Assembly: GCF_963921235.1 (NCBI RefSeq)
Contig: NC_086109.1
Span: 31,250,001 to 31,314,000 of the forward strand
Length of the DNA: 64,000 nucleotides
Reading direction: 5' to 3'
DNA from: Mobula hypostoma
Taxonomy: Eukaryota
The notes under the pieces were generated by a model. It did not search any database, had not been told where the DNA came from, and worked only from the letters and a program-made list of their open reading frames with translations. Position numbers and translations under genes: made by a program. Positions 1-12,156 of the stretch are shown here, in pieces (position 1 is the first letter of the stretch; every line of letters begins with the position of its first letter).

Positions 1-1749
1 AATTCAAAAATGGCTCTTAACTAAAGAACAGCTTGCATTCAAACTAGCTGTGGAAATTATTGTTTCAATGGAAACTGCAGACTGAAACACAATTGAGTTG
101 CAGTCAGGAATGAAAGTGAGCATGAACAAAACTGCATTGTCTAAACAGAAACTAGCTAGGCCGAACAAATGTGCTACCATTGTGGCAAATGCGAATTTAA
201 AGGCAAACCTTGCAGAAAATGCAACAAAGTAGGACACGTACAAAGAACATGTCGGGCAGACAAAAAATAATGGACCGCACAGAGAAGAGAAAAAGATAAA
301 ATGACATATTGCCATTTCAAAAAGAGCGGTAATCTGCATGCTGCTAATGAAATGCCTGATAATGATGAGAGTGACACAGGATTGTGTAGACTTGAGATTT
401 ACAGTGTGAATAGACAATAAACAAGAACAATAGCAATATGACTTATGCCAAAAGTGAGCAGCAAATTAATTAAAATGCATTTGGACACTGATTCAGCTCT
501 TTCAGTCATTCCACAAAATGAGTCTGAATGGCATTTCAAAGGTACCAAACTGAGACCTGCAGATATCCAACTAAGAACTTGTACCAGAGAAAAGATAACT
601 CTTGTGGGAATGACATCGGTAATAGTGAAATACAATAACCAACAAGCCACATTGAGCTTGTACGTGGTAGAAACAGAAGGACCAGCATTTTGGGAATGCA
701 ATTGCCTGAGACAAATGCAACTTGATCGGAGCTACATCCACCATTTGCAGGTCATAACCGTTGCAATGAAGCCAATTGAACGTGAATTAAGAAAGATACT
801 GGATGATGCCACAATTGGTTCCATGCTGAACACTATGAGGACAAACAGGTGTTGGTATCTACCTCTGTGCCTCTGGAGGTTGGAAAGCATACTGGACCAA
901 GGAAGGACCATGCTGCACGGAGGAAGCATGCAGGTGATGAAAGCAATGGTCCAAATACAAAAGGTTTTGGAGGCAACATATCTGAGAAAGCTTCTGATAT
1001 GTTGATCAGACAGTTACTTGCAAAATGTGGCTTTGTTTAAGCTGGAAGAGAGGTCAAGGAGCTTCAATAAACTTGCTAGCATTTGGCTTTTGTGAGGATA
1101 AATAACTAGAATCTACTCTGCGTGCATTAAGATAATTACATGAACTTCAAGTGGGAGACAAAAAGCTGCTTGTAAAAGTACATGCAAAGACCAAAGCTCA
1201 GTTGAATGTGTGGAAGACCGAAAAAAAAGAATCAATGGAGATACAAAAACAGAGGATTCGTCAAAAGGTGTTGTTGATGTGGAAACCAAGAGAAGCAATT
1301 ACAAACGTTTGTAGTTCGTAAAGGGAGCAATAGAAGGATTAATAAGAGAATATTTCAGTAAATTAAATGCCCTTCTCCAAAATCAAGATGCACAAGTTAA
1401 AGAAGAAAAATGAAGGCGATGAAAGGTGCCCCGACCTGTCAGAGCCACTTCCTGCAGTCTCAGTTTCATCTCCTACAAGAATCATGGAGGAGGCCCCAGA
1501 AGCTGAGAATGTTTTACAGCCATAATTCTTCACCTACCAAGCAGAATGATCCCTCTTCTCAGGAAAGATGTTATCCCACAAGAGTAAGAAAGCCTCCAAA
1601 GCAATTAAACCTTTAAGCCTAAGTGGGACAATTTAAAATTTACTATGCTGTGGATGTCTGTATTTAGTAGTTGTATTATATAGTATACTGTGTATATAGT
1701 TGAGATGCATTTTATATTGAGTTGGAATTTATAGTTAAGTAGGGAGGAG
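1..1749 (+). mobile_element. Ty3/Gypsy LTR retrotransposon A, internal region: gag end, protease, integrase C-terminal tail and PPT; RT/RNaseH/IN core absent
   Basis: Zn knuckles CYHCGK..CRKCNKVGHVQRTC (~170-260); protease-like MHLDTDSALSVIP in ORF 445-1005; C-terminal ERCYPTRVRKPPKQLNL (ORF 1410-1616); purine tract AGGGAGGAG 1741-1749 directly before TG. Confidence 0.85.
813..1413 (+). pseudogene. RBM25: Processed, decayed fragment of RNA-binding motif protein 25 (N-terminal/RRM region) inside Gypsy A
   Basis: Translation across frameshifts and stops: VGKHTGPRKDH..GNISEKASDMLIRQLLAKCGFV-SWKRGQGAS..AFGFCEDK*LESTLRALR*LHELQVGDKKLLVKVHAKTKAQLNVWK..KGAIEGLIREYFSKLNA. This matches vertebrate RBM25 as I recall it (GNISEKASDMLIRQLLAKCGLVLSWKRVQGASGKLQAFGFCEYKEPESTLRALRLLHDLQIGEKKLLVKVDAKTKAQLDEWK). 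No intron interrupts it. Confidence 0.92.
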
Positions 1750-1785
1750 TGTTGTGCATTTAATATTTCAATAATATTGGAGTAA
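1750..1785 (+). repeat. 3' LTR of Gypsy A, first part (interrupted)
   Basis: Starts TGTTGTG right after the PPT and is cut by the TGTCAG start of element B. Confidence 0.7.
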
Positions 1786-4700
1786 TGTCAGTACCTCTAG
1801 TTGAACTCTGTCTTTTTGTGTGTTTTCCCCTAGCTGTCAGTCTGTGGTTTTGTATTACCATGTGCTTCTGTCCCTGCTCCTGTACTCCGTCTCTCATCTG
1901 TTCCTCATTATTACCTGTGTTGCTGCCCCCTGTGTCTCACTGTGCTCCACCTATCAGCTGCCTCTCTGTTTATTGCTCAGTGTATTTCAGTCCTGTGTTT
2001 TCACCTGTTTGTTGCCAGATTGTGCCAATGAATTTTCCTGAACCTTTCCAGCATTTGTATCTGTACTCTGTCCATCTGAATATCGACTCTGCCTGTTTCC
2101 TGTTTCTGGTTTTTGGATTTCTCTGGATGTTTTGATCTTTGCCTGAACTTTGACGCTGACTTTGTTTGCACCTCGGGATTTGTTACTCAATTAATATCAC
2201 AGTGTACACGGTACTGTGTCTGTGATTGGCTCCCTGCTCCAGTGCCCTGACAGTACAATCTGGCCAGAATGGATCCAGCAGACCCCGGTTGTCTGAGAGC
2301 TGTCGTGGTACCACAGGGAGTAATACTGGGGAGACACCAGAACCAGCTAGACTCTGTGTTAAGGGCAGTGGAGTCACTTTCTGCCAATTTAGCCGAGCTT
2401 GTGGCCCAGACTCAGTCACTCCAGCTGTCCCAGATTGCCCATCTATATTCTGTGACTGTATCTTCCACTCTGCCCTCCGCATCCTTGCATGCTCCTCCTG
2501 TCCAAGAGCCCCTTCTACCTCCTCCAGAAAAATACTCGTGCGAGCCCAGTACCTGCTGCTCTTTTCTTTCCCAGTGCACACTCATTTTTGAATTGCGACC
2601 AAAAACACTTCTGACTGATCAAGCCAAGGCAGCCAATGTGATCGCCCAGCTGTCTGGTCGGGTGAAAGAATGGGGAACAGCCGTCTGGGAGGCAGGTTCC
2701 CCTTTCTGCAGTTGTTTTCAGTTATTTTGTGAGGAGATGAGAAATGTATTTGATCGCTCCAAACATGGGAGAGAGGTACATGCACCAGGGGCTTAGATCT
2801 GTGTCGGATTACGCCATAGAGTTCCGGATCCTAGCCACCTCCAGCGGCTGGAACTTGGAGGTACAGTACGACACCTCTCCGAATGGCCTCTCCGATGACA
2901 TCAAGGATGAACTGGTCACCCAGTACCTTCTTGCCACCTTTGAAGCCCTGGTGGATTTGGCCATCCGTATTGATGTTTGCCTTCAGCAGCGCCACAGGAG
3001 GCGGGGTTCCAGAGGGTCCCTGGGGGCAGTGGGTGAGCTCCAAGCTCCTTGTTAGTTTATATTGCCCTCCCATTTGCCTCTATCTATAAATCCCATTCCA
3101 GAGCCCAAGGCTATGCACGTTGACCATACCCGCCTGACACTGACTGAAAGACAACGGAGAATGAGCGTCTGCTCCTGTCTGTACTGTGGCTAACCAGAAC
3201 ACTTTATCTCCACCTGCCCAGTAAAAGTCAAACGCTCACCAGTAGGACGAGGAGTACTGGTGAGCATGATCTCCGTTCGGCCCTCCTCGACACCACTCAC
3301 TTTCATACCTGCTTCCCTGGAGTGGGGTGTCCAATGGCGAGCAGTCTCTGTCTTGGTCGATTCTGGTGCAGAGGGGTGTTTTATCAATTCTGGCTTGGCT
3401 GCCCAGTGGGGATTACCCATATCTGTTCTCCAGTCACCATTGGTGACCAATGCCTTGAACAGTAAGAGACTGGCTAACATCACCCACGTCCTGGCCCCGG
3501 CGAGTCTCAGTTTATCTGGCAACCATCATGAACAGTTAACCCTTTATGTTATTGACTCTCCTCAAGCTCTCATTGTCCTGGGCCATCCCTGGTTAGTCAG
3601 ACATAACCCCCACATTAACCAGCTCAGTCACAAGATTGCAGGCTGGAGCCCATCCTGTCACTCCCGCTGCCTCTGCCATGCTCAGATACCCTTGTCTCCA
3701 AGCCCAGATCCCCCCTGAGGAATTTTCGGACCTTAGTACCATCCCCCCGAATACATATACCTCAAGGCTGTGTTCAGCAAGTCCCTGGCCACCTCCCTAC
3801 AGCCTCATCGTCCATATGACTGTGCCACTGACCTCTTGCCTGGCATATTTCCCCCAAGAGGCGCCCTGTATTCCCTGTCCATACCTGAAACAGAAGCCAT
3901 GAATAAGTACATTCAAGAGTCTCTGGCTGCAGGCATCATCCGGCCATCTTCCTCCCCTGCTGGTGCCGTTTTTTTTTGTTGAAAAGAAGGACGGCTCCTT
4001 ACGTCCATGCATTGATTACCGGGGACTGAATGAAGTCACTGTTAAGAACTGCTACCCTCTTCTGCTCATAACCTTGGCATTTGAATTACTGCAAGGAGCC
4101 TCAGTTTTCACCAAGCTAGACCTATGTAATGCCTACCAGCTTGTCCGCATCCGCAAAAGGGACGAGTGGAAGACAGCCTTCAACACCACCTCAAGCCATT
4201 ACGAGTATCTGCTCATGCCATTCGATCTCACCAATGCCCCCACCATCTTCCAAGCCCTGGTAAATGACGTTCTTAGTGACATGCTGAACCCGTTTGTTTT
4301 TTTGTAACTCGACGACATTTTGTTTTTTTTCTAAGCCTTGCTGAACACACAGGTCACGTCCACAGAGTTCTCCAGCACCTTCTGGAGAACCAGCTCTTTG
4401 TGAAGCCTGAGAAATATGAGTTTCATCGCAATACAGTCTCCTTCAGGTGCTTCCATTGAGATGGACCAACAGGAGGTCAAGGCAGTGGTTAACTGGCTCC
4501 AACCCTCAACTTGTCGGGAGTTGCAATGCTTCTTGGGCTTTGCTAACTTCTATCGCCGCTTCATCAGAAATTACAGTACACTGGTTGCACCACCGGCTAT
4601 CAGATTCTCCTGGTCCCCTGCTGCTGAGAAAGCATTCTCTGACCTGAAGGAACGTTTCACCTCTGCCCCCATCGTGATTCAACCCAACACCGACCGGCAG

Positions 4701-4920
4701 TTCATTGTGGAGGTGGATGCGTCTGATATTGGTATAGGAACTGTTCTCTCAGCGCTTGGCTAAGGATGAGAAGGTAAATCCCTGCACTTTCTTCTTTCAC
4801 CGCCTCACTCCCACGGAGCAGAATTACAATGTCAGAAACAGGGAGCTACTAGCTGTAGAGCTAGCTCTGGAGGAGTGGAGGCATTGGCTGGTTGGAGCAA
4901 AGGTGCCATTCTTAGTCTGG
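1786..4920 (+). mobile_element. Sushi-like Ty3/Gypsy element B: 5' LTR 1786-2252, gag, protease, RT, RNaseH; 3'-truncated and frameshifted
   Basis: LTR TGTCAG...CTGACA; gag from ATG 2269 (PPPEKYS..LSGRVKEWGTAVWE; CCHC remnant ~3175-3220); protease [34 protein letters not shown] and FTKLDL; RNase[14 protein letters not shown] and NRELLAV. Confidence 0.93.
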
Positions 4921-4924
4921 ATCT

Positions 4925-6055
4925 GCGACTGGATCCCTTCTCCAGTGCCCTGAGAAGTAATCTGCTGTTTATAGCCTTCATTTTGGTGTTTAACACCATC
5001 GTACCCCAGAAGCTAGTGGGGAGTCTATCCTTGCTGGGTCTCAACACTAAATACTGTAAGGCAACAGTCAGTCCGTGTGGGCAACAATGTCTCTTGTCCT
5101 ATTACACTGAGAACTGGTGGTCCCCAAGGCTGTGTGCTCAGCCCACTGTTGTTCAACCTGTGTTAATGAGTTTGCAGATGACACAGCAGGGGCTGGCCTG
5201 ATCAAGAATGATGATGAAATGGAGCATAGAGAAGAAGTGGAGCGGCTGATGGATTGGTGTGAGAAAAACAACCCAAGTTCTGAACATGGAGAAGACAAAG
5301 GAAATCATTGTGGACTTCAGGAATGTATAGACAAGCCATCCTCCTCTGTAAGTATATGGCTCCTCCATAGAGAGAATTAAGTGCAACAAGTTCCTGGGAG
5401 TTCACATCATGGATGACCTCACCTGGTCCCTTAATATGTCCTCCTTGAACAAGAAGGCAAAGGAGTGCCTTTACTTCCTAAGAAGATTGAGGCAAGCAAG
5501 ACTCCCCACCCCATCTTAACTGCATCTTACAGGAACACTATTGAGAGCATCCTGACTGGTCGCATCTCCATCTGGTATGGGAGCAGTCGAGCATCACGCC
5601 TAAAGCCCCTACAAAGGACTGTGAGAACAGCTGGGAGGATCATGGGAGTCTCCCTACCATCCACACACAGGGCCCTTAGTATTATCAAGGATCCCACCCA
5701 TCCATCCAGCATCCTCTTTGATCTTCTACCATCGGGCAGGAGACTCCAATGCATAAAAGCATGAACAGTCAGGATGAGAAATAGTTTTTTCCTTCCAGGC
5801 CATTGGGCTTCTGAACTCCTGGCCACATTGTATTTGAAGTGCCATGAGTGAATCTGTTTTATACCTTACACTATTTAATATTAATACACTTTAATTTGTT
5901 ATTTATGTGATTCATCTATAGATAACTGACCTTCATAAGTTATCGTGTGTTTATGTGATTTACACCCTGGTTCGAAGAAACATTGTTTCAGTTCTACATA
6001 CATTATATATGTTATATACATGTATGTAGTTAAATGACAATAAATTTCACTTGGC
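4925..6055 (+). mobile_element. Rex1/Babar-type LINE, 5'-truncated and decayed
   Basis: FNTIVP; EFADDTAGAGLIKNDDEMEHREEVERLMDWC; IESILTGRISIWYG; LLPSGRR; AT-rich tail containing AATAAA. Confidence 0.8.
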
Positions 6056-6059
6056 ATGA

Positions 6060-6273
6060 AATCCTGTAAGTATCTTGCTGATTAAGCATTCTTGTTTGTT
6101 TGGATGATTTCTGATGGGTTATATGTAAATTATGTTAATTGCCTACATAATCGCGCTACCACGTGATACGTGTGTGCCTTACTTAAAGTAAAGATCGAGT
6201 TACACCCATATTTTGGGCTCCCTGCATCTCCTTTCGAATTAGTTTTATGTTTTGAAGTTATATAAAGCATCAC
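6060..6273 (+). repeat. Probable remainder of the Gypsy A 3' LTR
   Basis: Reads as a continuation of 1750-1785 (GAGTAA|ATCCTGTAAG..GATTAAGCATTC) and ends in an LTR-like ...AAAGCATCAC; no second copy in the window to confirm. Confidence 0.55.
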
Positions 6274-7029
6274 GGTTTGGACATGTGACTTTCTGCCTAT
6301 TTCACTGCAGAACATGAAATTGGCCAAAAGTTTCAATTTCATTAATGATCCTCTGAGAACATAGTCTCAGTGCAACACTTAGTGATACAGCAAGTCTTAT
6401 ACACAACCACACACACAGGATTAGTACCCTGTGATTTGCAACTCTACTCCTATCAGAGAAATCCCTTTGTTTCCCACCTTCCGTGTTACCTGAGCTGGTC
6501 TTCCTCTCTTTTGCAATTTAATGAAACTTCCTGGAATTTTTTAATCAATTTTCTTCCTACCAATACTATTGAAGCTGCTCAGCTTTACCAGCATTTTGTT
6601 TTTATTTCTGATTTACAGCAACTCAAAGGTTCAAAGGAACAATTTAACGTTAGAGAAATGTATACAATATACACCCTGAAATGATTTTTTTAAGCAGTTT
6701 TATTGAATTTTTATCAGGTAAGCATTGATTTTACCGTACACCTGCATACGCAGATTGATTAAAGAATATATGTTTTGTTAATATTCATTATTGTTTGCAT
6801 AAGTAGCAAATCTTTCAAATAGTGAAGCTGCAGGTTAACAGACAGTTGACAGTCGATCAAAGCAGTGCAGGAAGGAGCATGAGGGGCTTAGTCACTCTGT
6901 CGAATGGTCAAGAGGACACACACAGAGCTGGGCCTTGAGAAAATGTTTAGCCCAGTCCACCATGTCAGTGGTGTCGTGCGGTAAGAAGATCCACTTGGAA
7001 TGTTTCCTGGCAAAATCTGGGTTCATCAG

Positions 7030-7200
7030 ATTCATATGCACTTAATTGTTACATGTACATTGAAACACAGTGAAATGTGTTGTTTGCATTAACAACCAGC
7101 ACAATCGGGCAGCCCACAAGTGTTGCCACACACTTCATGGCCAAGATAGCGTGCCCACAACGTTCAGCAGAGCAGCACAAACAACCACAGCACAACTGCA
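7030..7200 (-). repeat. 3' part of a SINE related to 24358-24661
   Basis: Reverse complement resembles the CATTTCACT(G/C)T.TGTT..GATGT tail of the SINE at 24.6 kb. Confidence 0.45.
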
Positions 7201-7947
7201 ACAACAGTAAAACAAGCCCCTTTACCACACCACCCCCACCCACCCACTTACTCACACACATACACACACACACACAGACAAGACTCCAACCCCAGGACAG
7301 GATGTCTCCAGCCTCCAGTTTCTGGCCTAGACTCGGACATTGGGCCTCCGACTTCTGTTCACGTGACCCAGTGGCCCCAACCAACGGCCCTCGACTCCTG
7401 TACTCGCTGACCTCAGTCTTCGGCCTTTGGTATTGATCTCAGTACTCGATGATCATGAGACTTTGAACTCGGAGCCTTGAATTCCAGACTTGCACTGGAC
7501 TCCCCGAATTGGAGTGGTGGGAGGGGACATTTCTGGCCTGGACTGACAGACATCGGGCCTCTGACTTCCGGACATAGCAACCTAAAGACTTCAGCCATTA
7601 GAATCAACCCCAGGACTTGCTGATGATGGGGTTTTGAAATCTCGACTCTCACACGTACCTCTCACTAACCTGGAGCTGGGTGGGGGGTGGTGGGGGGTTA
7701 GTGATCACCAGTGGTCATGCCTATGGCCTACATGCACTTCCGATCCTGGGACATGCCAACTTGGTAAGTCATCAGCCCTTTCCACTGTGCCTTCTGACCT
7801 CAGTCATTAACCATGATGATCACTGATCTACATCTCAACACCTGCTGAGTTGACATGCTTCCAAGGGGATCATTGGCTATCTACTGTGGAGTGTTCCAAC
7901 CTGGAATCTGCTCCTGCTCTGAATGTTCATTTACAGCCCCTTACCTC

Positions 7948-8931
7948 ATATATTAATGACTTGGATGAGGGAATTAAATGCAGCATCTCCAAGTTTGCGG
8001 ATGACACGAAGCTGGGTGGCAGTGTTAGTAGTGAGGAGGATGCTAAGAGGATGCAGGGTGACTTGGATAGGTTGGGTGAGTGGGCAAATTCATGGCAGAT
8101 GCAATTTAATGTGGATAAATGTGAAGTTATCCACTTTGGTGGCAAAAATAGGAAAACAGATTATTATCTGAATGGTGGCCGATTAGGAAAAGGGGAGGTG
8201 CAACGAGACCTGGGTGTCATTATACACCAGTCATTGAAAGTGGGCATGCAGGTACAGCAGGCGGTGAAAAAGGCGAATGGTATGTTGGCATTTATAGCGA
8301 TAGGATTCGAGTACAGGAGCAGGGAGGTACTACTGCAGTTGTACAAGGCCTTGGTGAGACCACACCTGGAGTATTGTGTGCAGTTTTGGTCCCCTAATCT
8401 GAGGAAAGACATCTTTGCCATAGAGGGAGTACAAAGAAGGTTCACCAGATTGATTCCTGGGATGGCAGGACTTTCATATGAAGAAAGACTGGATGAATTG
8501 GGCTTGTACTCGTTGGAATTTAGAAGATTGAGGGGGGATCTGATTGAAACGTATAAGATCCTAAAGGGATTGGACAGGCTAGATGCAGGAAGATTGTTCC
8601 CGATGTTGGGGAAGTCCAGAACGAGGGGTCACAGTTTGAGGATAGAGGGGAAGCCTTTTAGGACCGAGATTAGGAAAAACTTCTTCACACAGAGAGTGGT
8701 GAATCTGTGGAATTCTCTGCCACAGGAAACTGTTGAGGCCAGTTCATTGGCTATATTTAAGAGGGAGTTAGATATGGCCCTTGTGGCTACGGGGGTCAGG
8801 GGGTATGGAGGGAAGGCTGGGGCGGGGTTCTGAGTTGGATGATCAGCCATGATCATAATAAATGGCGGTGCAGGCTCGAAGGGCCGAATGGCCTACTCCT
8901 GCACCTATTTTCTATGTTTCTATGTTTCTAT
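7948..8931 (+). mobile_element. Young CR1 LINE, 5'-truncated: open RT C-terminus plus 3'UTR
   Basis: YINDLDEGIKCSISKFADDTKLGG..LVRPHLEYCVQFWSP..FFTQRVVNLWNSLP, stop at 8833; (TATGTTTC)n tail. Confidence 0.97.
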
Positions 8932-9799
8932 CCCCTCAACCCTATCCCTAAACCCTAACCCTTTCCCTATCTCCACACACTGCCCTCATAACCCTTCCCT
9001 GATAAGTAAAGGCTCAACAAAGGCATTGATTGCAAATAAAGAAATGCAATTGATAGAACTTTTCTTCTTAACATAAAATAAAGGATTTCATATCAGGCGT
9101 TTATTCCAAGTCTTTTTAATGCGACTTTTCAAGATCTCACAAAATTAGTGGTGGGGGATAAGGAATTTATCATGGCATCAGCTTTTGAGAACTCAGAGCT
9201 TGCCGTGAAACAGTGTGATGCTGCACTGGGCCCTGTTAACATTCAGCTTCAGCACTTCAGGTTTGGGACAGCACTCATCATGTTGGGATATCTGTACATT
9301 TTTCAAGTCAGTCGTAAAAGTGGGCAGCTCGCAGTGAGCATTGTCCATAGCATTGATTTAAAGACTGGTCTTCATGATCATATAAGTATTTTTACTTAAC
9401 AGTCTGTACAGTAATTACAGATTAATCATCCCTTCACAGAACAGATGAGGCAAAGACCGGCTATAAAATTGAACACTTTGTTGAGAACATTTCCTCTCTC
9501 TGCCTATATTCAGATTCTTCAATTTGCTTTTGATAATGCCACAGACTGAATGAGTAGGTAGTGTGGGCAATCTCAGTGGACTAACTTTTGTGAACCTTGC
9601 CAAAAGGCATCTGTAGGTCTGACAAAGCTGCCACTAAGTTTTGTGTAACCTTCATTTACAGCCTCAGGTTCAGAATGAAATTGCACATTAATCACCTTGA
9701 TGTATATCCTTAATATCTGAAAGTTTGGTACCTGTTACACCTAGCAGCCAGTAAAATGAACCAAATGATTTCTGTGACACTTGCTTTATAATCATGAGA

Positions 9800-10125
9800 T
9801 CCTGCCAATGCTGCAAATTTCAAGCAACAGACACAAAATGCCAGAGAAGCCAGGCAGCATCTATAGAGGGGAATAAGCAGTCGATGTTTCGGGCTGAGAT
9901 CGCTCATTAGGACATGAAAGGAAGAGAGAAGGTGGGGGAGGAGAAAGAGTTCAAGCTGGCAGATGCTCATCTGGTCCAATCACATTGGCGGCTTGTACTT
10001 CTTCTCCACCCCCCCCCCCACCTATTTCTGCCCCTTTCCAATCCTGCTGAAGGGTCTCAGCCCAAAAGGTCAACAGTTATTCCCCTCCTGTTTGCTGAGT
10101 TCTTGCAGCATCTTGCATGTGCTGT
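9800..10125. repeat. Old inverted pair of Penelope terminal-repeat fragments with degenerate hammerhead motifs
   Basis: Minus-strand AGTCGATGTTTCGGGCTGAGA (~9879) and plus-strand CCTGCTGAAGGGTCTCAGCCCAAAAGGTC (~10043), both similar to the ends of 34069-38241. Confidence 0.65.
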
Positions 10126-10439
10126 GAAACATGTTTCATTCTTTGTACAAATATTTCATGTTCAATCTTTTTCTTGTATCTGTGTACCAGAAACAACAAT
10201 ACTACGTTTTACCAGAACTAAATGATCAGGCTGATGAACCACTAAACACGAGGTCAATACTAAAAATTGTGGAAATGCAATCAGCTTCCGCTCACAACTT
10301 TTTAATCCATGTTAGAAATGCAAATTGGGGCTCTGCCGTTGTGAAAAGCTCTAATGATAACGGTGCTGAGGTTTAGAATTGACAATCAACTTTGGTCAGT
10401 TTAATGCTATTTGTGGGAAAGTTCATGCAATCCATAGCC

Positions 10440-11600
10440 TGGGATGAAAGTAGTGGGAGCGTTGAAATAAATCAAGAAATGAGAACTGTGTCTGACAAAT
10501 TTAACAAGAACTTTTTAAAAGAATTGTTAATTGATGTGGCAGATAAAGTGAATGTAAAGTGTGATAAATTTCGGAAGATATTTAATAATTTATCTCACAG
10601 GAAGACTGTGATAAGAATTATAAAATGGATTAAGCCAGGATAGAAAGACATAAAGGGGAACAGTAAACATAGTTAATGTTAATATAGGTGATGTTGAAAT
10701 TTTATAAAGAATGACAACACGGCATTTAAAAATATATTTAGATCACTTTTAAAATCACTATATGGAGTTGATTTCTCTTGTGCATCTTGACAAAAGGAAC
10801 AATATTGAAGATTGATGACAGCTTAACTAAGAGAATGATAAAGAGTAAAAAGGATTTCAAGTACATCATATGTAATTTAACATGAAAGGTAAGTTAGTAT
10901 ATTTTTTTTGCAAACTAGAAGCAAACAAATGGTGGGTAGTACACTCAGTCAGAAGATATCAAAGGGTATGAATGGAATATGGATACTTGGGAGTCAATGA
11001 AATATCACAGACTGAAAGTGCAAGTATTAGTGGATAAAATCACAAAATAAAAAGTCTAACCAGATTCTTTAGGTTCCATCAGTAAAGACAAAATAGTGTA
11101 AAAACAAAAATATGCTAACAACACCTACAGTTAGGCACACTACTGTTGATAAGCATGATGGGTTATCAGAAGAAACAATAAAACCATAAAGGGAACACTG
11201 CATTATTTTATCATGAAGGCACAAGAGTTGAGCAATTGGACTTCAGGAGAGATAATTGAGGAGCTTGAACTACTTCAACAGAAGAGGAAATATTAAATGA
11301 TGGATTTTAAACCTATGAATGATTTCAATGCAAGAAAAATGCAATGATCATTTGGTTCTGAATGAGGTTGGCCAACTGGTGTTGGAATACCTTCAGTTTA
11401 TAAAAGAATAGAAGAATGATAAGAAGAGATGGAAGAAATTTATGTATTAGTTTATTGGAGTGTGAAACACCTGGCACAAAAGTTGATGGTGTTATAACAA
11501 TAGATTAATTTGAAGAGAAAATGCATGAGTATTTAATTCAGGGTGAGACACAGGGTGATGAGCTGTGGAATTAGACTTGGATTACTTTAGCAAAGTATTG
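10440..11600 (+). mobile_element. Ancient, highly decayed CR1-like RT remnant
   Basis: DVADKVNVKCDKFRKIFNNLSHRK resembles the CR1 motif VDVVYLDFRKAFDKVPHRR; faint colinear CR1 motifs downstream. Confidence 0.45.
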
Positions 11601-12156
11601 ATACAAATGTGATCAAACAAACTAATGATTTACTGAAGCAAAGCCTGTGAATGATAAGCTATGTTAAAATCCTTCATGATCTTGCCTCTTTTTGCTGATG
11701 TGCTCATCCATACGAACATTCTCATTTCTGATCGCTCCATCATTAGTAAGTGCGTCGTGACCTCTCCAGTTCACTCTCATTAACATAAACCTCTCAGCCT
11801 CTTGCCTTCCTTTCCATCTTTCAGCTGCTCATCTTTCCTATTATCTCTTCATATGTCTTGCTGTATTCATTTTATTGAAAGAGCCACAGGAAAGTAATTT
11901 TAGTGCTTAGAGCCTTAGCAACAGAAAGCATTAGCTGCTGAAAGTGGAGCAATTAAAGTCAAGATGATCAAAAAGATAATAAATGAAAGCATGTATAGAA
12001 CTTTGAGGGTTATAAGACTAGAGGAAATTACTTTGGTTGAGATAAAAAAAATAAGCCATATTAGATTTGAAAACAAAAATGAGAATTGTAAAATTAAAAG
12101 CCTTACCTCAATGGAAATATTTTCAAACAGTGTGTGCCTACACTGAATTAACCAAA

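Noticed and set aside
849..1040. RBM25 as a functional gene or true exon
   Set aside because: Frameshifts and in-frame stops, no splice signals, and embedded in a retrotransposon
7850..8833. 327-aa and 349-aa (61650-62699) ORFs as host genes
   Set aside because: Both are 5'-truncated CR1 RT fragments; the starts are fortuitous
8930..8970. Telomere-like CCCTAA repeats
   Set aside because: Only a few imperfect units; low-complexity sequence
10191..10370. Possible plus-strand exon within ORF 10131-10376
   Set aside because: No recognisable protein similarity; splice-like signals are expected by chance
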